64,000 nt of DNA, taken from contig OX597829.1 in assembly GCA_951406725.2 (NCBI GenBank), positions 26,102,001 through 26,166,000 on the forward strand, given 5' to 3'. The notes beneath the pieces are model-generated. The model was not told where the DNA came from. It was given only the letters and a program-made list of their open reading frames with translations, and searched no databases. Made by a program: the position numbers and the translations under genes. The stretch comes from Octopus vulgaris. Lineage: Eukaryota. Positions within the stretch are counted from its first letter, which is position 1. Each line of letters opens with the position of its first letter. This document shows, piece after piece, positions 10,122 through 24,643 of this stretch.

Positions 10122-10417
10122 GGTTTTACGAGAGATTTCCTGATTCGATTTTACGTACCGCTATATGTCCATCAAATTCGAGAATGAGTAAAATCAGAGA
10201 AAAATTATTGAAACGCAAAAAAAATTAAATATGAACGTGGAAAGTATACGTTCTAATTTTGAGAAAATGACGTAATGATCTTTCGCTGTTGTAACTGTTA
10301 AGAGAAAGAAAAAGAACTAGAAGTTGAAAGGAAGATAATGCTTAGACGAATTTTTTTTTTTTCCGTGTTCGTGCTTAGATGCGCATATACATACACAGAT
10401 ACATATATATACGCACA

Positions 10418-10562
10418 TGGTAAGTAGCTTGCTAACCAACCACATGGCTCCGGGTTCAGTCCCACTCCGTGGCATCTTGGGCAAGTGTCTTCTGCTATAG
10501 CCCCGGGCCGACCAATGCCTTGTGAGTGGATTTGGTAGACGGAAACTGAAAGAAGCCCGTCG

Positions 10563-10618
<56 letters not shown>

Positions 10619-10820
10619 TCCCCCTAGCATTGCTTGACAACCGATGCTGGTGTGTTTACGTCCCCGTCACTTAGCGGTTCGGCAAAAGAAACCGATAGAA
10701 TAAGTACTGGGCTTACAAACAATAAGTCCCGGGGTCGATTTGCTCGACTAAAGGCGGTGTTCCAGCATGGCCGCAGTCAAATGACTGAAACAAGTAAAAG
10801 AGAGAAAAGAGTAAAAGAGT
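10418..10820 (+). mobile_element. tRNA-derived SINE family A with internal (TA)/(TG) microsatellite
   Basis: Pol III A/B-box-like head (TGGTAAGTAG...GGGTTCAGTCCC), then TTGGGCAAGTG, and 3' CAGTCAAATGACTGAAACAAGTAAAAG. Many copies occur in the window. Confidence 0.85.
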
Positions 10821-11240
10821 ATATACATACGCGCTCACACACGCACATCCAAGTATATGGGTATATACATACAACTAGATACACGCACATACACACACGT
10901 ATGAACGAATACATACATATATATGCAGGTAGACACGCGTATAGAAGTATAAATATACGTACTTAGCATAGATAAATATGTGCATATATATTCGTACATA
11001 AAACGGGGTACAGACGTCAGTACAAAGTTTGACACACACATACACACGCGTTAGTACACTCGCGTATACATAAAAGTAAATATATACACGCATATACATA
11101 CACATACACATACAAACATATACATATATGTATGCATATACACGTATAAACCTGCGCCCGTGTACACATATACACAAATTCACACAAATATATACATACA
11201 CCAACAAAAAACGCAAATGCGCACAGATGAATATGTAGAC

Positions 11241-11329
<89 letters not shown>

Positions 11330-11344
11330 ACATATACACGCATG

Positions 11345-11396
<52 letters not shown>

Positions 11397-11515
11397 CATA
11401 TATGCACATACACACATACACGTACACATATATGCATATACACACATATATACACACATACATATACATATATAAATATATATATCTACTCACATATATA
11501 TATGCATACATATAC

Positions 11516-11576
<61 letters not shown>

Positions 11577-11660
11577 TTTATATACATACATACCTACATA
11601 CATACATACCTACATACATACATACATACATATATATGTGTGTGTGTGTGTGTTGTTGTT
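10820..11660. repeat. Compound (TA)/(CA)/(TACA) microsatellite
   Basis: Direct inspection. Confidence 0.9.
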
Positions 11661-11774
11661 GTATTTAGGAATGGTCATTTTGCCAATTTAGCCAATAAAA
11701 GCACACGCACTATATATTTGGTGTTACTTTGCTTCAGCGTTATTTATTTTTTACATTAATCTTAATCTTATTTC

Positions 11775-11819
11775 GGCCAGAGTTCTTTCGTCACACTTCT
11801 GTGACCTCATCAGTGGTCC
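11775..11819 (-). ncRNA. Minimal hammerhead motif (Penelope-type)
   Basis: Minus strand reads GGACCA-CTGATGA-G-GTCAC-AGAAGT-GTGAC-GAAA-GAAC-TC-TGGCC. Confidence 0.65.
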
Positions 11820-12827
11820 TTTGCTTTCTTCTTTCTTATTTGTGTGTCTCTCCTTACTAACGGTCAGCCATTTTGTATTTTGTATTCCTATTGTATGTGT
11901 CTTCATTTGCACATGCGTATACCTCTATGTGTATCTATGTTTAGTTAGTGTGTGTGTAGGGGAATGCCTGTAATATTTGTATTAATAAGATACAAAGTCC
12001 CTATCAACGAAACTAAGAAAAATCTTAACTACTCAGGTTTAAACATTTAAAGAGAAGGGTTGTTGGAATCACTTTTCGGTGATTCGACAGTATGTATATA
12101 TATATACATACACACTATTCGTTCGTTGATGGCTTCATCAAATTAAATCATACGGTATATATGATAGCAATTAATATTTAATGTACAGTATTTTAAGAAT
12201 TTGGAGACAGTAATTTAAGTCTCATATTCAGAGAAGGATATGTCATTAAGCTGTCACCGTTCTCAGTCCCAATCTTCAGATTGCTTTCAATTATGCCTCC
12301 TAAAATTTCTTAACTTTGCACGTACTTTCTTAAGTAAAATTACTTAAGTGTTTAAGATTACTTGTATTTTGCTGTCACCTACATAAAGCTAGCAACGGTA
12401 CAAATCCACACGCTATAATGTTAAACACGACTTTCTTTTCTCTCATTTAAGAAACTTTAAGAAACTCATACCATTTACACTCTTCTATACACAAGGAACA
12501 AACGCATTGTACGTATTAACATTTTTTTCTGAATGCATATCCACCAGATCCCTCATCAAATCTATTTCGACATCCCAACCGCCTACAACAAACGTTCTAA
12601 AAATTATTTTAAACACAAAAACAGACATGCACTTATAGACATTTTTCCCTAAAAAATGATGTTTTGTCTCACAAAATCTCGTGGTATCGCCGTACATCTT
12701 GAGATATAGATTAATACAACTTGAAGATAGGAAGAGAAAACAGTGACAGCTTTGACTAAACCCAGTGGAATATCCGCTTCTGAACATGAAACTTAAGTTG
12801 TTTCGCTAGATTAAGCTACTGTGTATA

Positions 12828-12906
<79 letters not shown>

Positions 12907-13072
12907 CACACGAATGAATTAATTAATCATGCATTAAAACAGAATAACTTACCCTCGACACAATGAAATATGCTTCAACACAGGATATCACATAAAGAAT
13001 CTTGCAAACCAAATACAAAAACGAAATATATATATGTGTGTATATATATCTATATCTATATATATACACATA

Positions 13073-13137
<65 letters not shown>

Positions 13138-13299
13138 ATACCTATGTATACACATGCACACACACATTACTTTTGTTTTCAGTCCCAAATAACAATGTCA
13201 TGTTTGCACTTTGTAGAAGAATTGAAGGAAATGTTCTACCAATATTCCTTGTGTTGATATGTATGTATATACTCCATAAATCTATACGCATGTATGTAT

Positions 13300-13865
13300 T
13301 CCATGCCACCTATGCACAACCTTTGTGTAAATTAATACGCAGCGTCTCTTCCAGCTCTTGTAGAGGAACACAGATCCAATAATTTTGATGTCACATGGAA
13401 GGTCATCTAAAACTGAATGTTTCTTGAGAAGTTCACGGCAGACTCGCAAGATGTCATTCACTTCATTTTTTCAGCATTTGGTCCATATATTTATTTTTGC
13501 TGCCATTGTTCAATAGGTGATGACCAAGCGACATTGTACAGCAATCAGAGGTTGTCTATACCGACAATTAGCATCTCCCTTCCTTTTTTCCCTCCAAAGA
13601 TGGAGTCTGTCAATATCATCTTTCCTATGGATATTTACTTACGCAAAACTTTCTGCTCGTATGATGAATATTTCCCTTCCAAGTTTCTTTTGCTCACACT
13701 CAGCAGCTGTACACTCGGAAATGTTCAAACATTCTTGAGGGTTTTAATATCTATGAAGTGGATTTCCTCCAAAGGCCAGTTAAGTACCCCAGGTGTTGGT
13801 TTCAGTACTCGTAGTGCAAGTGCATTGTGGGACATTGTTTCGTTGCAAGAAGAAGGTTCTGAATT
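13300..13865 (-). mobile_element. Decayed R4/Dong-like LINE fragment (end of RT)
   Basis: Minus-strand remnants 'NALALRVLKPTPGVLNWPLEEIHFIDIKTLK' and 'DIDRLHLWREK.GR', similar to the copy at 17900-19130. Confidence 0.65.
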
Positions 13866-13880
13866 ACATATTTTAGAAAA

Positions 13881-14274
13881 TCTTTATATATAAAAGTGAA
13901 GTTGTGTGTCTGTCTCCTACGATTTAGATTCCTAACTACTCCCACATTTTGCGGTGCAGTTTAACCAAAACCGGTATCTTATAGTCGTGATTCATATCGA
14001 GCCCTTCTGGGTATTAGCACGCGTCTACGATGAGTCTACGATTTTAAAAAAAATTTACCATCATTTTTTCCATTTTAATACATTTTTCGCTATTATATAA
14101 GGGAAGTAACTCTCTAAAAATGTCTGATGAGTCAACGATCTTTAAAAAAATTTACCATCATTTTTTTTTCCACTTTTAATGCATTTTTTTGCTATTTTTT
14201 TGCTATAACTCTCTAAAAATGCTTATATAGTTATTTCCCTTACAAACCCGAGCAACGCCGGGCGATACTGCTAG
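13881..14274 (+). mobile_element. Non-autonomous Helitron
   Basis: Starts with TC, ends with CTAG, has a subterminal hairpin CCCG-AGCAACGC-CGGG, and is inserted between A and T with no TSD. Has an internal ~100-bp duplication. Confidence 0.85.
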
Positions 14275-14497
14275 TTTAGTATAATAGTATTTGCGTATCA
14301 CTCATTCTTCACAGCACAATTATATAATATGTCTTCATCAAAAGCAATGTATTTATGGTACTCATACGTACGTACGCATGTATGTATGTACGTACGTATG
14401 TATATATGTATGTACGTACGTACGTATATATGTATGTACGTAAGTATGTATGTATGCATGTATGTATGTATGCATGTATGATAATTTAGTTAGGACC

Positions 14498-14940
14498 TGT
14501 AAGGATTCGAACCCCAACCGCAAGATATTCAGTTAGGAATCGCGAGGAAGCCACCACAGTTTCACGTGATTGATCTATAAAATCGACTAATCAACGAGAA
14601 GCTGTGGCGTGGTATGACTTCTCTGATGATTTAAAATTTGTCCCCTTTGCACCCTATAAGAATCGTTCGGCACCAAAGACCAGACGTCCCCTGGCATTCG
14701 AGTAAGTTAAACTACCTTGGGCATTCATAGACGAGAAACCACCTTGAACAAGAAACTAGTTCGAACACTCGCATAAAATGTACCACAGCTAGCCTTCTAC
14801 AAGGCACAGTACAATTTTGACTTCCCAGTCAGCGGTTATATTACCAGTATCTTTCTTTTGTAAACAGCCAACACAGTAAATCATGTCCATCAATAAATAT
14901 GTTAAAAGTTAAAAGTTCGTGTGTTGCTTCGTTTATTACA
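14498..14940 (+). mobile_element. Candidate solo LTR
   Basis: TGTAA...TTACA termini, with TATA-like motifs and AATAAA (~14892). No clear TSD. Confidence 0.45.
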
Positions 14941-15807
14941 CACGCAGCCAGCCAAACCAAACAATTGTGTCATCAACACAATACACATAAAAACACCGCA
15001 AAGCAGCAAGAAGTGATTTTCTCACACACACATGATAAATAATAAAAAATATATCACAGTACATTTAATATGAATGTTAAGAGTAGAAGGAAAAGCTGCA
15101 ACTATAAATTTATGCAGTTTAATACTCTGATCAAAGACATCGAAAAGGAGAACTAATTGAAAAGATACTTAATTGCGTAATAGATAGCGCTGACGTAATA
15201 AAAATAAACATGTTAACAACAGATATACAGGTGTCAGTAGATTATTATTCAGTTGCCACAACGGATGTAGCTCAAACATGAAAACAGCGCGCCGTAATGG
15301 ACAATTGAACATTAAACACTTTCAGCATTTAACTAAGAGATGTAATGAAGCAGTAAAACAAAACAAAAAACAAAAAAAAACACGATTTGGGTAGACGAAA
15401 GCCAAAAGACTGTAGCTTGGTTAATTGGACAATGGATATTTGGTTAAACTGCGTATCGTTCCTATATATAATCAAGTCACCAAATTTACTTTTCAGTGAA
15501 CCTGTTACTTGGGTCACACCAATGTTGCTGGGGTGTCTTGTTATTGTGATGGTTGCTAGTTTGTTTGCGGAAGCTGCGTGTAAATGATTTAACAACACCA
15601 AGCGTACAGTTAAATATGACTTATTATCGCTGCAGAAGTCACATTGAAGTAGGTGATGCATTACAAACGTATGCGGAGAGTCAACAAAATGGAAGAAATA
15701 GAATACAAATTGCAAATAGCTGGATATCAAAATTTACCACTGGGTCTGGATTAAACACAAGGAATAGATTTATAAATGCGCTGCTTCGTTGTCTTCTACT
15801 ACAATTG

Positions 15808-16305
15808 TATTGGGTTGTCCGGAAAGTTCGTGCCGATTTTTTAAGGAAAGAAAAAGGTCAATAAATATTTGCCACTACATTTTTAATCAACCAAATACGA
15901 ACCATTTTGTTGCACAATGCGTCTCCATCTTTCCTTTAACTTGAAAATACCCTCTTCCCAGAAATGAGATGGTTTCATGGCAAACAATTCATCAAGGTAT
16001 CTTTTTACGTCATCCAAAGAATTGAAATTTTTACCATTAAGACTATTCTGCAGAGACCTGAATAAGTGGAAATCCGAAGGAGCAATATCTGGTGAATATG
16101 GAGGGTGGGGGTAACACATCCCAGCCGAGCTGTAGCAATTTTTGTCTGGTTCTCAAAGCATCAAGTGCCGAAAATGAACTTTCTTATTTTCCATTTTAAA
16201 GGGTTACAGAATTAACACAGGTTATAGGAACATAAACCCGCCTCCACGAAAAGATAGCTTAAACTGAGCTCTAAATGGTGGTGTAGTCAAATCCTATTTT
16301 ATGGA
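15808..16305 (-). mobile_element. Internally deleted mariner transposon
   Basis: C-terminal 'HPPYSPDIAPSDFHLFRSLQN...WRRIVQQNGSY' is joined directly to the N-terminal 'MENKKVHFRHLML' (~16194-16157). A TIR-like end TATTGGGTTGTCCGGAAAGTTCG lies at 15808. Confidence 0.88.
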
Positions 16306-16307
16306 CT

Positions 16308-16593
16308 TGTGTATTTCGTACTGCGACCAAGGACACACAGAGTTTTGGCAACGAAAAGGACTCTATTTATAAGCCTTGTAGGGGAATGTTCTGGGCCCTT
16401 CCAGAATCATCTTTCACGTGATGCCTGGCTTCTAATTGGACAATAACTTGGCAGTACACATGATCAAGCCGTTACTATGTCATGACTTGAAACCTGCAAT
16501 GTGACAACGCGAGTTCGCGTCCTACTATAACTGCATACTGTATATAGATGTGTCCAGTATAGCTTAATAGAAAGTTTAATATGTTATTGACCA
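16308..16593 (-). mobile_element. Possible solo LTR truncating the mariner element
   Basis: TGT...ACA boundaries and an abrupt interruption of the mariner 5' end. No TSD confirmed. Confidence 0.3.
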
Positions 16594-17091
16594 CAGATCT
16601 TAGCATACAGGAAAGTTTACATATAAGTGTATTCCTGCACATCCACACATACTTATATTTTAATAATCAATTATATATTTATCTAAGCAAATAATTAATG
16701 ACATGTTTATGGAAGCAAATATGTGCGTTTACTGAGGTAAGAAAGCCAAGAATCTCAAAAATTGCGGCGCGCATCCCCGCTCACACACACATACACATAC
16801 ACACACATACAAATGTGTGTGCGTGTGTGTCTAGGTATATTGCTCTAAAACAATTTTGAAGTGCAACCCTTAAAGAGGTATGCGTGCTAACAAGATTTCA
16901 ACCTGGTTAAAACTCGTCATCTCTTCATAAGTTAGAATTGTTTTCCCATTCACACAGCATATATATATATATGCATACATGCATAGATACATACATACAT
17001 GCATACATACATACATACAGACAGACAGACGACAGACAGACATGATTATTGCCACATTTTGTCAGATGATAACCGCCTCACCTTCAGCCTA

Positions 17092-17504
17092 ATTCTTTCA
17101 TTCTTTTATTTGTTTCAGTCATTTGACTGCAGCCATACTGGAGCACAGCCTTTACTCGAACAAATCGACCCCATGACTTACTCTTTGCAAGCCTAGTACT
17201 TATTCTATCGGTGTTTTTTTGCCGAACTGCAATGTTACAGGGACGTAAACATACCAGCATCGGTTGTCAAGCGAGGTTGGGACGGACACACACACACACA
17301 CACACTCACATACACGCACACACATACACACACACACATATACGACAAGCTTCTTTCAGTTTCCGCCTACTAAATCCACTGACAAGGTTTGGTTGGCCTG
17401 AGGCTATAGTAGAAGACACTCGCCCAAGATACCACGCAGTGGGACAGCACCCGGAACCATGTGGTTGGTAAGCAAGCTATTTACCTCACAGCCACTCCTG
17501 CGCC
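17092..17504 (-). mobile_element. SINE family A
   Basis: Reverse complement of the 10418/38342 consensus. Confidence 0.85.
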
Positions 17505-17899
17505 ATATAATTGTTCTGATTTACTTCTATCCTTGCATGTATGCGGATATGACTTTTCATGTCAACGCATTCATTGCCATATGATTTAACAAAATACATA
17601 CAAAACGGATCAAGAAATAAAATGATAGTGAGATATCTGTTCATCGTTAGGTTTAAGTGACAAGAGCTTGTACAATACTTTTTCCACACTCTGGGTCACC
17701 ATACTAGGTTTCAGTAACAAGCATTACAAGATGGCTAATACTTTTTTGATTGCAAGTTTTAAGTCAGAGTATCTTTCTCCTAAAAGAGCTGCCTTGCTCT
17801 CACGGCTTTGTCAAAAATAACGGGAGACTCCTCTAGAAAATTTGTTTAACCCAAAAACGGGACCCTGATAGGTACTACCATTCCGGGTCAGAACGAACC

Positions 17900-19127
17900 T
17901 GGAAGTTATGTATGTATCCGAGCCATTGATGTAAAAACCCGGAAGATACTAACAAGTACACGTAATTTCCACATCATAAGTAACGTAGACTGCCTCTGCC
18001 TAAAACGAAATGAAGGCGGAAGAGGCTTAACATTGATCCAAACTGCCTTTGAATGTGGTATCATATCCTTTCGGTAACATCTTTTAACCATTAAGTGTCA
18101 AAGTGTATCCCTTGGCGAAGTTTTCATAGATGAGCTGATAACATCATAAGACTTGGAAGGCAGCTACTAGAGCAACATTCCATGTCTGATAACCTTAAAT
18201 ACATGCCCAAAGAAGTCGCACGACTTTACCGCAACGTATCATCAGATGAGAGGATGAGTGTATATGAGCAGAAGACCATACATGGGTATGTTAGTAGAAA
18301 GCTATGAGATGATAGTAGCATTGATCATCAAAGCAGTCTATCATGGACCAACAACTGGATTACTACCTCCCATTTTGAAGCGTATGCGTTCGCAATCCAG
18401 GAACAGGGAATATCAACCAGTACCTGATGCGCAAAAGGGACAGAGATGCTGGAAAAGCAGTAAAATGTGACAACCGAAGATATCATTCACATCATAAGTG
18501 TTTGTCTGAGAATGTCATCACGGTATTATTTACCAATGAGACATGATGTATTATTTACCAATGAGACACTATATAATGAAATTTGTCGGAAGGATAATCC
18601 CAAGGACAAACAAATAAGAACTACAGTATGGTAGAAGTCATAACCACTATTAATAAAAAGGAATACTGGTGGAAAGTCCCAGTGAAGACCTCAATAAAAT
18701 GTAAACACAATAGACCTGATATAATGATTTTGAATAAAGAAGAGAAATTGTGTACCGTTGTGGAAATCAGCTGCCCAGTGGATGTTAACAAAGCTGAAAA
18801 TCAATGAAAAAAGGAATACCTACGCAGAACTATTGAGAAAAATGTAGTTTCTCTATCCAGATTACAAGATTAGGTTTGTGTCTGTATTTATTGGGGCCCT
18901 GGGATACATAACACACTGTCTAAACACCAATTTTGAGAAATTAGGCTTCTCAAAACCAGAATGGAGAAATCTGATTCGAAGACTAAAGATCCAGTCCATC
19001 ACCGAAACTATAAAAATTTGTGAAACTATCCAGAAGTTTATCAATTAAGTATATATGAGCATGTCTAAATATGCAAGTACACGCATAGGAATACATACAT
19101 TAAACAAAACATATAAATATGCACGTA
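17900..19127 (+). mobile_element. Decayed 3' half of an R4/Dong-like (restriction-like endonuclease) LINE
   Basis: 'VDCLCLKRNEGGRGL'; RLE-type 'HNRPDIMILNKEEKLCTVVEISCP'; 'FIGALGY...KICETIQKFIN*'. The 3' UTR runs into (TACA)n. Confidence 0.8.
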
Positions 19128-19199
19128 TACATACATACATACATACATACATACATACATACATACATACATACATACATACATACATACATACATACA

Positions 19200-19344
19200 G
19201 GCGCAGGAGTGGCTGTGTGGTAAGTAGCTTGTTTACCAACCACATGGTTGCGTGGCAACTTGGGCAAGTGTCTTTTGCTATAGCCTCGGGTCGACCAAAG
19301 CCTTGTGAGTGGATTTGGTAGACGGAAACTGAAAAAAGCCCGTT

Positions 19345-19384
<40 letters not shown>

Positions 19385-19610
19385 GTGTGTATATATGGTT
19401 GTGTGTCTGTGTTTGTCTCCCCCCCCCCCCAACAACGTTTGACAACCGATGCTGGTGCGTTTACATCCCTGTAACATAGCGGTTCGGCAAAACAGACCGA
19501 CAGAATAAGCAACAGGCTTCGAAAGAATAAGTCTTGGAGTCGATTTGCTCGACTAAAGGCAGTGCTCCAGCATGGCCACAGTCAAATGACAGAAACAAGT
19601 AAAAAAAGAA
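19200..19610 (+). mobile_element. SINE family A
   Basis: Full head GGCGCAGGAGTGGCTGTGTGGTAAG through to the 3' tail. Confidence 0.85.
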
Positions 19611-20558
19611 AACATACAGCATCGTCAACATCAGTCGTACAGGCTTAAAGAACCATTTAAAATGTGTTTTAGAAAGTTTTCTCCTACAATTATGCTGACC
19701 CCTCCAGCCCAAGTCAGTTTATTTTTTCTGTTATAAATAAATGAAACTTCTTTTTTTTTTTATTACGAACGTAGCGTTATTCAGGCCGTATAACAAAATA
19801 CATCTTGCACCGCGTGGAATTTCACTAGCAACGATCATAGTTGAAATTGGTAACAATACTAACGCTAGTTCCAACGCAAGCAGTACTCTATCTCCTGTAA
19901 GTTATTTAAGAACCTTCTCACTTTACTTAGTCTTCACATTTAAATCAAGATCTAATTCGGTGCCACGAAAAACACCACGACAATGCTTCTCTCGGCTATA
20001 TGAAGCGGCTGAAAAAATACTAGGGCGAAGCTCATTAAGACTTAAACTATTTTACAGCAGAGTTGCGAAAATAAAATGGCTGCTACCGATAATAATCGCA
20101 ATTGCAACCCTCGTGATGCTAATCGGACTTCTCAAAATACCGAGAACCGGCCAATATTTGCCTTAAAAGAAATCGAAAATAATGTAAACAAACAGCTACT
20201 GTCATCATTAAACTCCCGCATGTAACTGACTTGACAGAGACGATTCTGATTTGAGACCACAGTTCGTAAAAAAACTTTTCCAATTTTTCTAAGCTGTTAT
20301 AGTGACTTCATTTAGGCATTGGGTAGATTCGAACCTTAATCAGCAATATTCTTTTAACATTTCAACAGCAATTTTCTCATTGAAAAACAATAGTGACAGC
20401 AGTTACATTTAACATATGGCTTTGCCAAGCCGATTTATGTCTTTACCACTTGACCCATCAAACCTCTGGTATGCACTGGAGAGTTGAATTGAGATAATAG
20501 TGGACTCCCAAAGAATACCTTTTGTTCCCTGCAATATACCTATTTTCCAACTTGTTTT

Positions 20559-20979
20559 GTATAGTTATATATACAAGAACTCCGTAAACCAAGGTCAGTT
20601 TGTGAGAACCGAGTTGGCTGACCGGCTGAAGGACCCACCGCCGTCTCTGAATAAAAAGGCACTGAGGGACAACTATGGTAATTCACCAACGAATAAGTTG
20701 TTTCGTCCCACCACTCTCACTTTCACTAGCTCACCTTCTCTTCTCTACAACATCGCTCTATCTTTTACCCTGTTGCTAGAATGACGAAAACACAAACACA
20801 CCTATACAAGAAAAATCTACGATACCTCTCTTTACTTCGCATGCTTTACGAATTATATTATACATACCAGCCCGCCGTGGTTTGGCTATATACAAAGTAA
20901 CGGTAATAAATATTTGTTTACAAATTCGATCACTGTTCTTCTTTAATCTTACACATCTGCAACATCAACACCCGTTACA
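20559..20979 (+). mobile_element. Candidate LTR
   Basis: TGT start, TATA and AATAAA near 20885-20910, ends ...GTTACA followed by ATTGGTAAC (PBS-like). Boundaries are uncertain. Confidence 0.35.
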
Positions 20980-21009
20980 ATTGGTAACTGCCGATTCCAA
21001 CGTATACCA

Positions 21010-22110
21010 TTACATTAACCGTTACAGTGTCGTTGAGCTACAGGCCATTGTTAACAAGATTAAACAAAAAGCCAACTGCTCTAATGTTGAAAGTTATCGA
21101 TGATGTTGCTAGAGAACACCTATAATCATGCGATGTTTATTACCGGACAATACCATCATATGTTCAGCTACTACCACTCTCGAAGAACCACTCAAAAAAA
21201 CCTGCAGTACACGTGCTAATGAAATCATTAGACGGATGCGGCCTAGATGGAAAGCAAAACTTGAAGAAAACATCAGCAACCTGAGCGGTGGTACTGGATG
21301 GTTAACTACGATAATAAAATGGAAGAAAAATAACGAGTACACACCTCACGATTTACATGTAATGCACATAATCACAAAAATTCTACAGCAACTCTTCACG
21401 CTAAGACCTTGAAGGAAAGCTAAATTATTTAAAGCACGAGTTTAGGACGCTGAGCAAAAAAGTTCATTATCGCAGAAAATCTTTTGAATCAGTAAGTATA
21501 AAACACAAATCTGCTTCCAATCCACAGGCATTATATCAAAAGTTGAGAAATGAAAACACTACCCTTAAGAATGTGCCTTCTCTAGAGGATTTTGAATAAT
21601 TCTAGTCTAAAAGCTGGAACGAAAGATAAATTTTAACTAGAATGCTTCGTAACTAAATTCTGTTAGGAAAAAATACAGTACCATCATCGACAGTAAAACA
21701 CAATCAACCCTGGAGCTTTCACTACAGCTGTGGGCAAAATGCATTATGAGAAAGAACCAGTATGAGATCTAATGGTTGGATACTAGGATAAGAACTGACT
21801 TTCTACAGAAAGCCATCAACGTGTGTGTTCAAAAAAACTATGGAAAGCTAGACTGACATAGCAAACAGATGAATTTTGTAGCCAAGGATGAAATCAAATA
21901 GTTGGCAAAAATTATAGACGTCTTGCTTTCTTAAACATTATGTATACGCTTTACACAAACTGTATCAACCAATTCTTCCAGGATCGTTGTGAATCCAACG
22001 ACAGTGATTGATAAACATGCTGGTGAAAAGCCGAGATTGTGAGGATGTGCCACACAATCTTTGATAAATAATACTATACTGTTTTAAGTTAGAAAACATA
22101 CTGCAGATGC
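21010..22110 (+). mobile_element. Highly decayed R4/Dong-like LINE, N-terminal and RT-start region
   Basis: Remnants 'RPRWKAKLEENISNL' and an 'LNIMYTLYTNCINQFFQD'-type RT domain 1-2 sequence. Many stops. Confidence 0.5.
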
Positions 22111-22299
22111 CTTGTGACAGTATGATTTGATTACAGAAATGCATTCAATTGTATTCCCATTCATAGCTGCTAAAATATCTACATTTGACAAAAGTGCCCA
22201 CTACCACAGTTGCTGCAACTGAAAGGCTCACACCTGCCTGGACAACAATTCTTACACTTAAGACGATAGAAAAATTATTCTGAACGCGAGGGAGACGAG

Positions 22300-22637
<338 letters not shown>

Positions 22638-22768
22638 CGCGCGCACACACACAATACATATATAATCTCATGCAGGTTCGAGCGATATGCCTTAAATAAG
22701 AGATAAAATTCTGAAACTATATTATGTGTATTGAACAAATTAAGCGATGATATTACTATATATATATA

Positions 22769-23513
22769 GGATCTTTTCCTTTTGAACGGCAGTTTTCAAC
22801 ACAATTTCTAGTTAACTAAACACTTTTAAACTTCGTATACTGGTAGAATGTGTCAAAATAAAACATTTTTTTCTCTTAGCTTTCTTGAAAAAAATGTAAT
22901 TTGTAAGTTTAACATAGTTTAATTTTTCGAATTTTAACCAATCAATGGCCTCTATTGAGCTAAAATCATTTGCTGCATCTAAAACTGAGACAACATCCTG
23001 TCACTGCTATGTTTACGTACGGAAAGCGTGTGTATAAAATTATAGAATTATTTTGTTTGTTAATTGTTTAAATTATTTTCCATTGCTTTCGTTTTAGCCT
23101 TTCGTTGTTTTTTTTCTTAATCAATGGAAAATAGTTTAAACAATACACGTGCATTTCAAAACAAAAACAAAACGAATAATTTTAGATACACGCGTAACAA
23201 TTAAATTAATTTAACAATTAAGAAAAAAAACGAAAGGCTAAAATTTAGGGTTAGGGTTAGTGTTAGGGTTAGGGTCAGTGACAGGATGTTGTCTCAGTTT
23301 TAGACGCAGCAAATGATTTTAGCTCAATAGAGGCCATTGATTGGTTAAAATTCGAAAAATTAAACTACGTTAAACTTACAAATTACAATTTTCTCAAGAA
23401 AGCCAAGAGAAAAAAATGTTTTATTTTGACACATTCTACCAGTATACGAAGTTTAAAAGTGTTTAGTTAACTAGAAATTGTGTTGAAAACTGCCGTTCAA
23501 AAGGAAAAGATCC
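22769..23513. mobile_element. Foldback non-autonomous DNA transposon (MULE-like) with ~240-bp TIRs and internal TTAGGG repeats
   Basis: GGATCTTTTCCTTTTGAACGGCAGTTTT...AAAACTGCCGTTCAAAAGGAAAAGATCC. Arms 22769-23006 and 23276-23513 are near-perfect. (TTAGGG)n lies at ~23245-23274. Confidence 0.85.
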
Positions 23514-23823
23514 TATATGGCAAAATATTATAAGTGTATGAAAAAGAAAGAATCAAGGAATAAGAGGAGGACGGGGAAGGATGGAAAATGTGGTGCAGGA
23601 AAAGGGAATAAATGAGGGACTGAAATATTAAAAGATGAAAGACAGATTGGAAACAGTGATGGTGGAAAAGTGGCAATGATGTAATTTCCCTAAAACGGTA
23701 TGGACGAGTATTTTAGAATGTTCTTTCGCTCGTGTAAAAAAGTTGTACCCATTGGTTATTTAGGTACGTTCCGAGCGCGAGGCAACCCTTAAGTGCCCAT
23801 CACAAGTTATGGAAAAAGAGAAA

Positions 23824-24643
23824 GGATCTTTTCGCTTTGAACGGCAGTTTTTAACATAATTTCTAGGTAACTAAAAAATTTTAAACTTCGTTTACTGGTA
23901 GAATGTGTTTATAAAACATCATTTTCTCTTGGCTTTCTTGAGAAAATTCTGTAGTTTGTAACATATTTCGTCTTTAATTTCTTGCATTTCGGCAATTTTA
24001 ACCAATCACTGGCGTCTATTGAGTTAAAAAGCATTCTGTGCCGTATGAATATGTCCCTCGTTTAAGAAACAGATTGGGCTTATTTACATTTGTGAAGAAA
24101 AAAAGATACCCTTCCCCAACCCCTAAACCTAACTAACCCTAAATCTAAAAGAGATTGAAATGCAATAGATCGATACTAGGGTCATAATTATGGGTGACAA
24201 TTTCATATGACACCGCTAGAAAAAAAACTGCCATTTTCTCTAGCGGTGTCATATGAAATTGTCACCCATAATTATGACCCTAGTATCGATCTATTGCATT
24301 TCAATCTCTTTTAGGGTTAGGGTTAGGGTTGGGGTTAGAGGTGGTGTTAGGGTTAGGGTATCTTTTTTTCTTCACAAATGTAAATAAACCCAATCTGTTT
24401 CTTAAACGAGGGACATATTCATACGGCACAGAATGCTTATTAACTCAACAGACGCCAATGATTGGTTAAAATTGCCGAAATGCAAGAAATTAAAGACGAA
24501 ATATGTTACAAACTACAGAATTTTCTCAAGTAAGCCAAGAGAAAATGATGTTTTATAAATACATTCTATCAGTATACGAAGTTTAAAATTTTTTAGTTAC
24601 CTAGAAATTATGTTAAAAACTGCCGTTCAAACCGAAAAGATCC
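23824..24643. mobile_element. Related foldback element: ~820-bp palindrome with 8-bp TSD
   Basis: GGATC...GATCC ends and TSD AAGAGAAA (23816-23823 and 24644-24651). The arms are inverted about ~24230, with CCCTAA/TTAGGG tracts in each arm. Confidence 0.88.

Noticed and set aside
10774-10800. CAGTC-AAAT-GACTG-AAAC hairpin at SINE A 3' ends as a hammerhead
   Set aside because: No CUGANGA-like core upstream and no stem I.
13417-13893. 158-aa plus-strand ORF
   Set aside because: It is the antisense frame of a decayed R4-like LINE.
19741-20166. 141-aa ORF as a gene
   Set aside because: No recognisable motifs or splice support; it lies next to decayed retroelement sequence.
23245-24360. True telomere or chromosome fusion site
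   Set aside because: The TTAGGG tracts are short, degenerate and internal to TIR elements.
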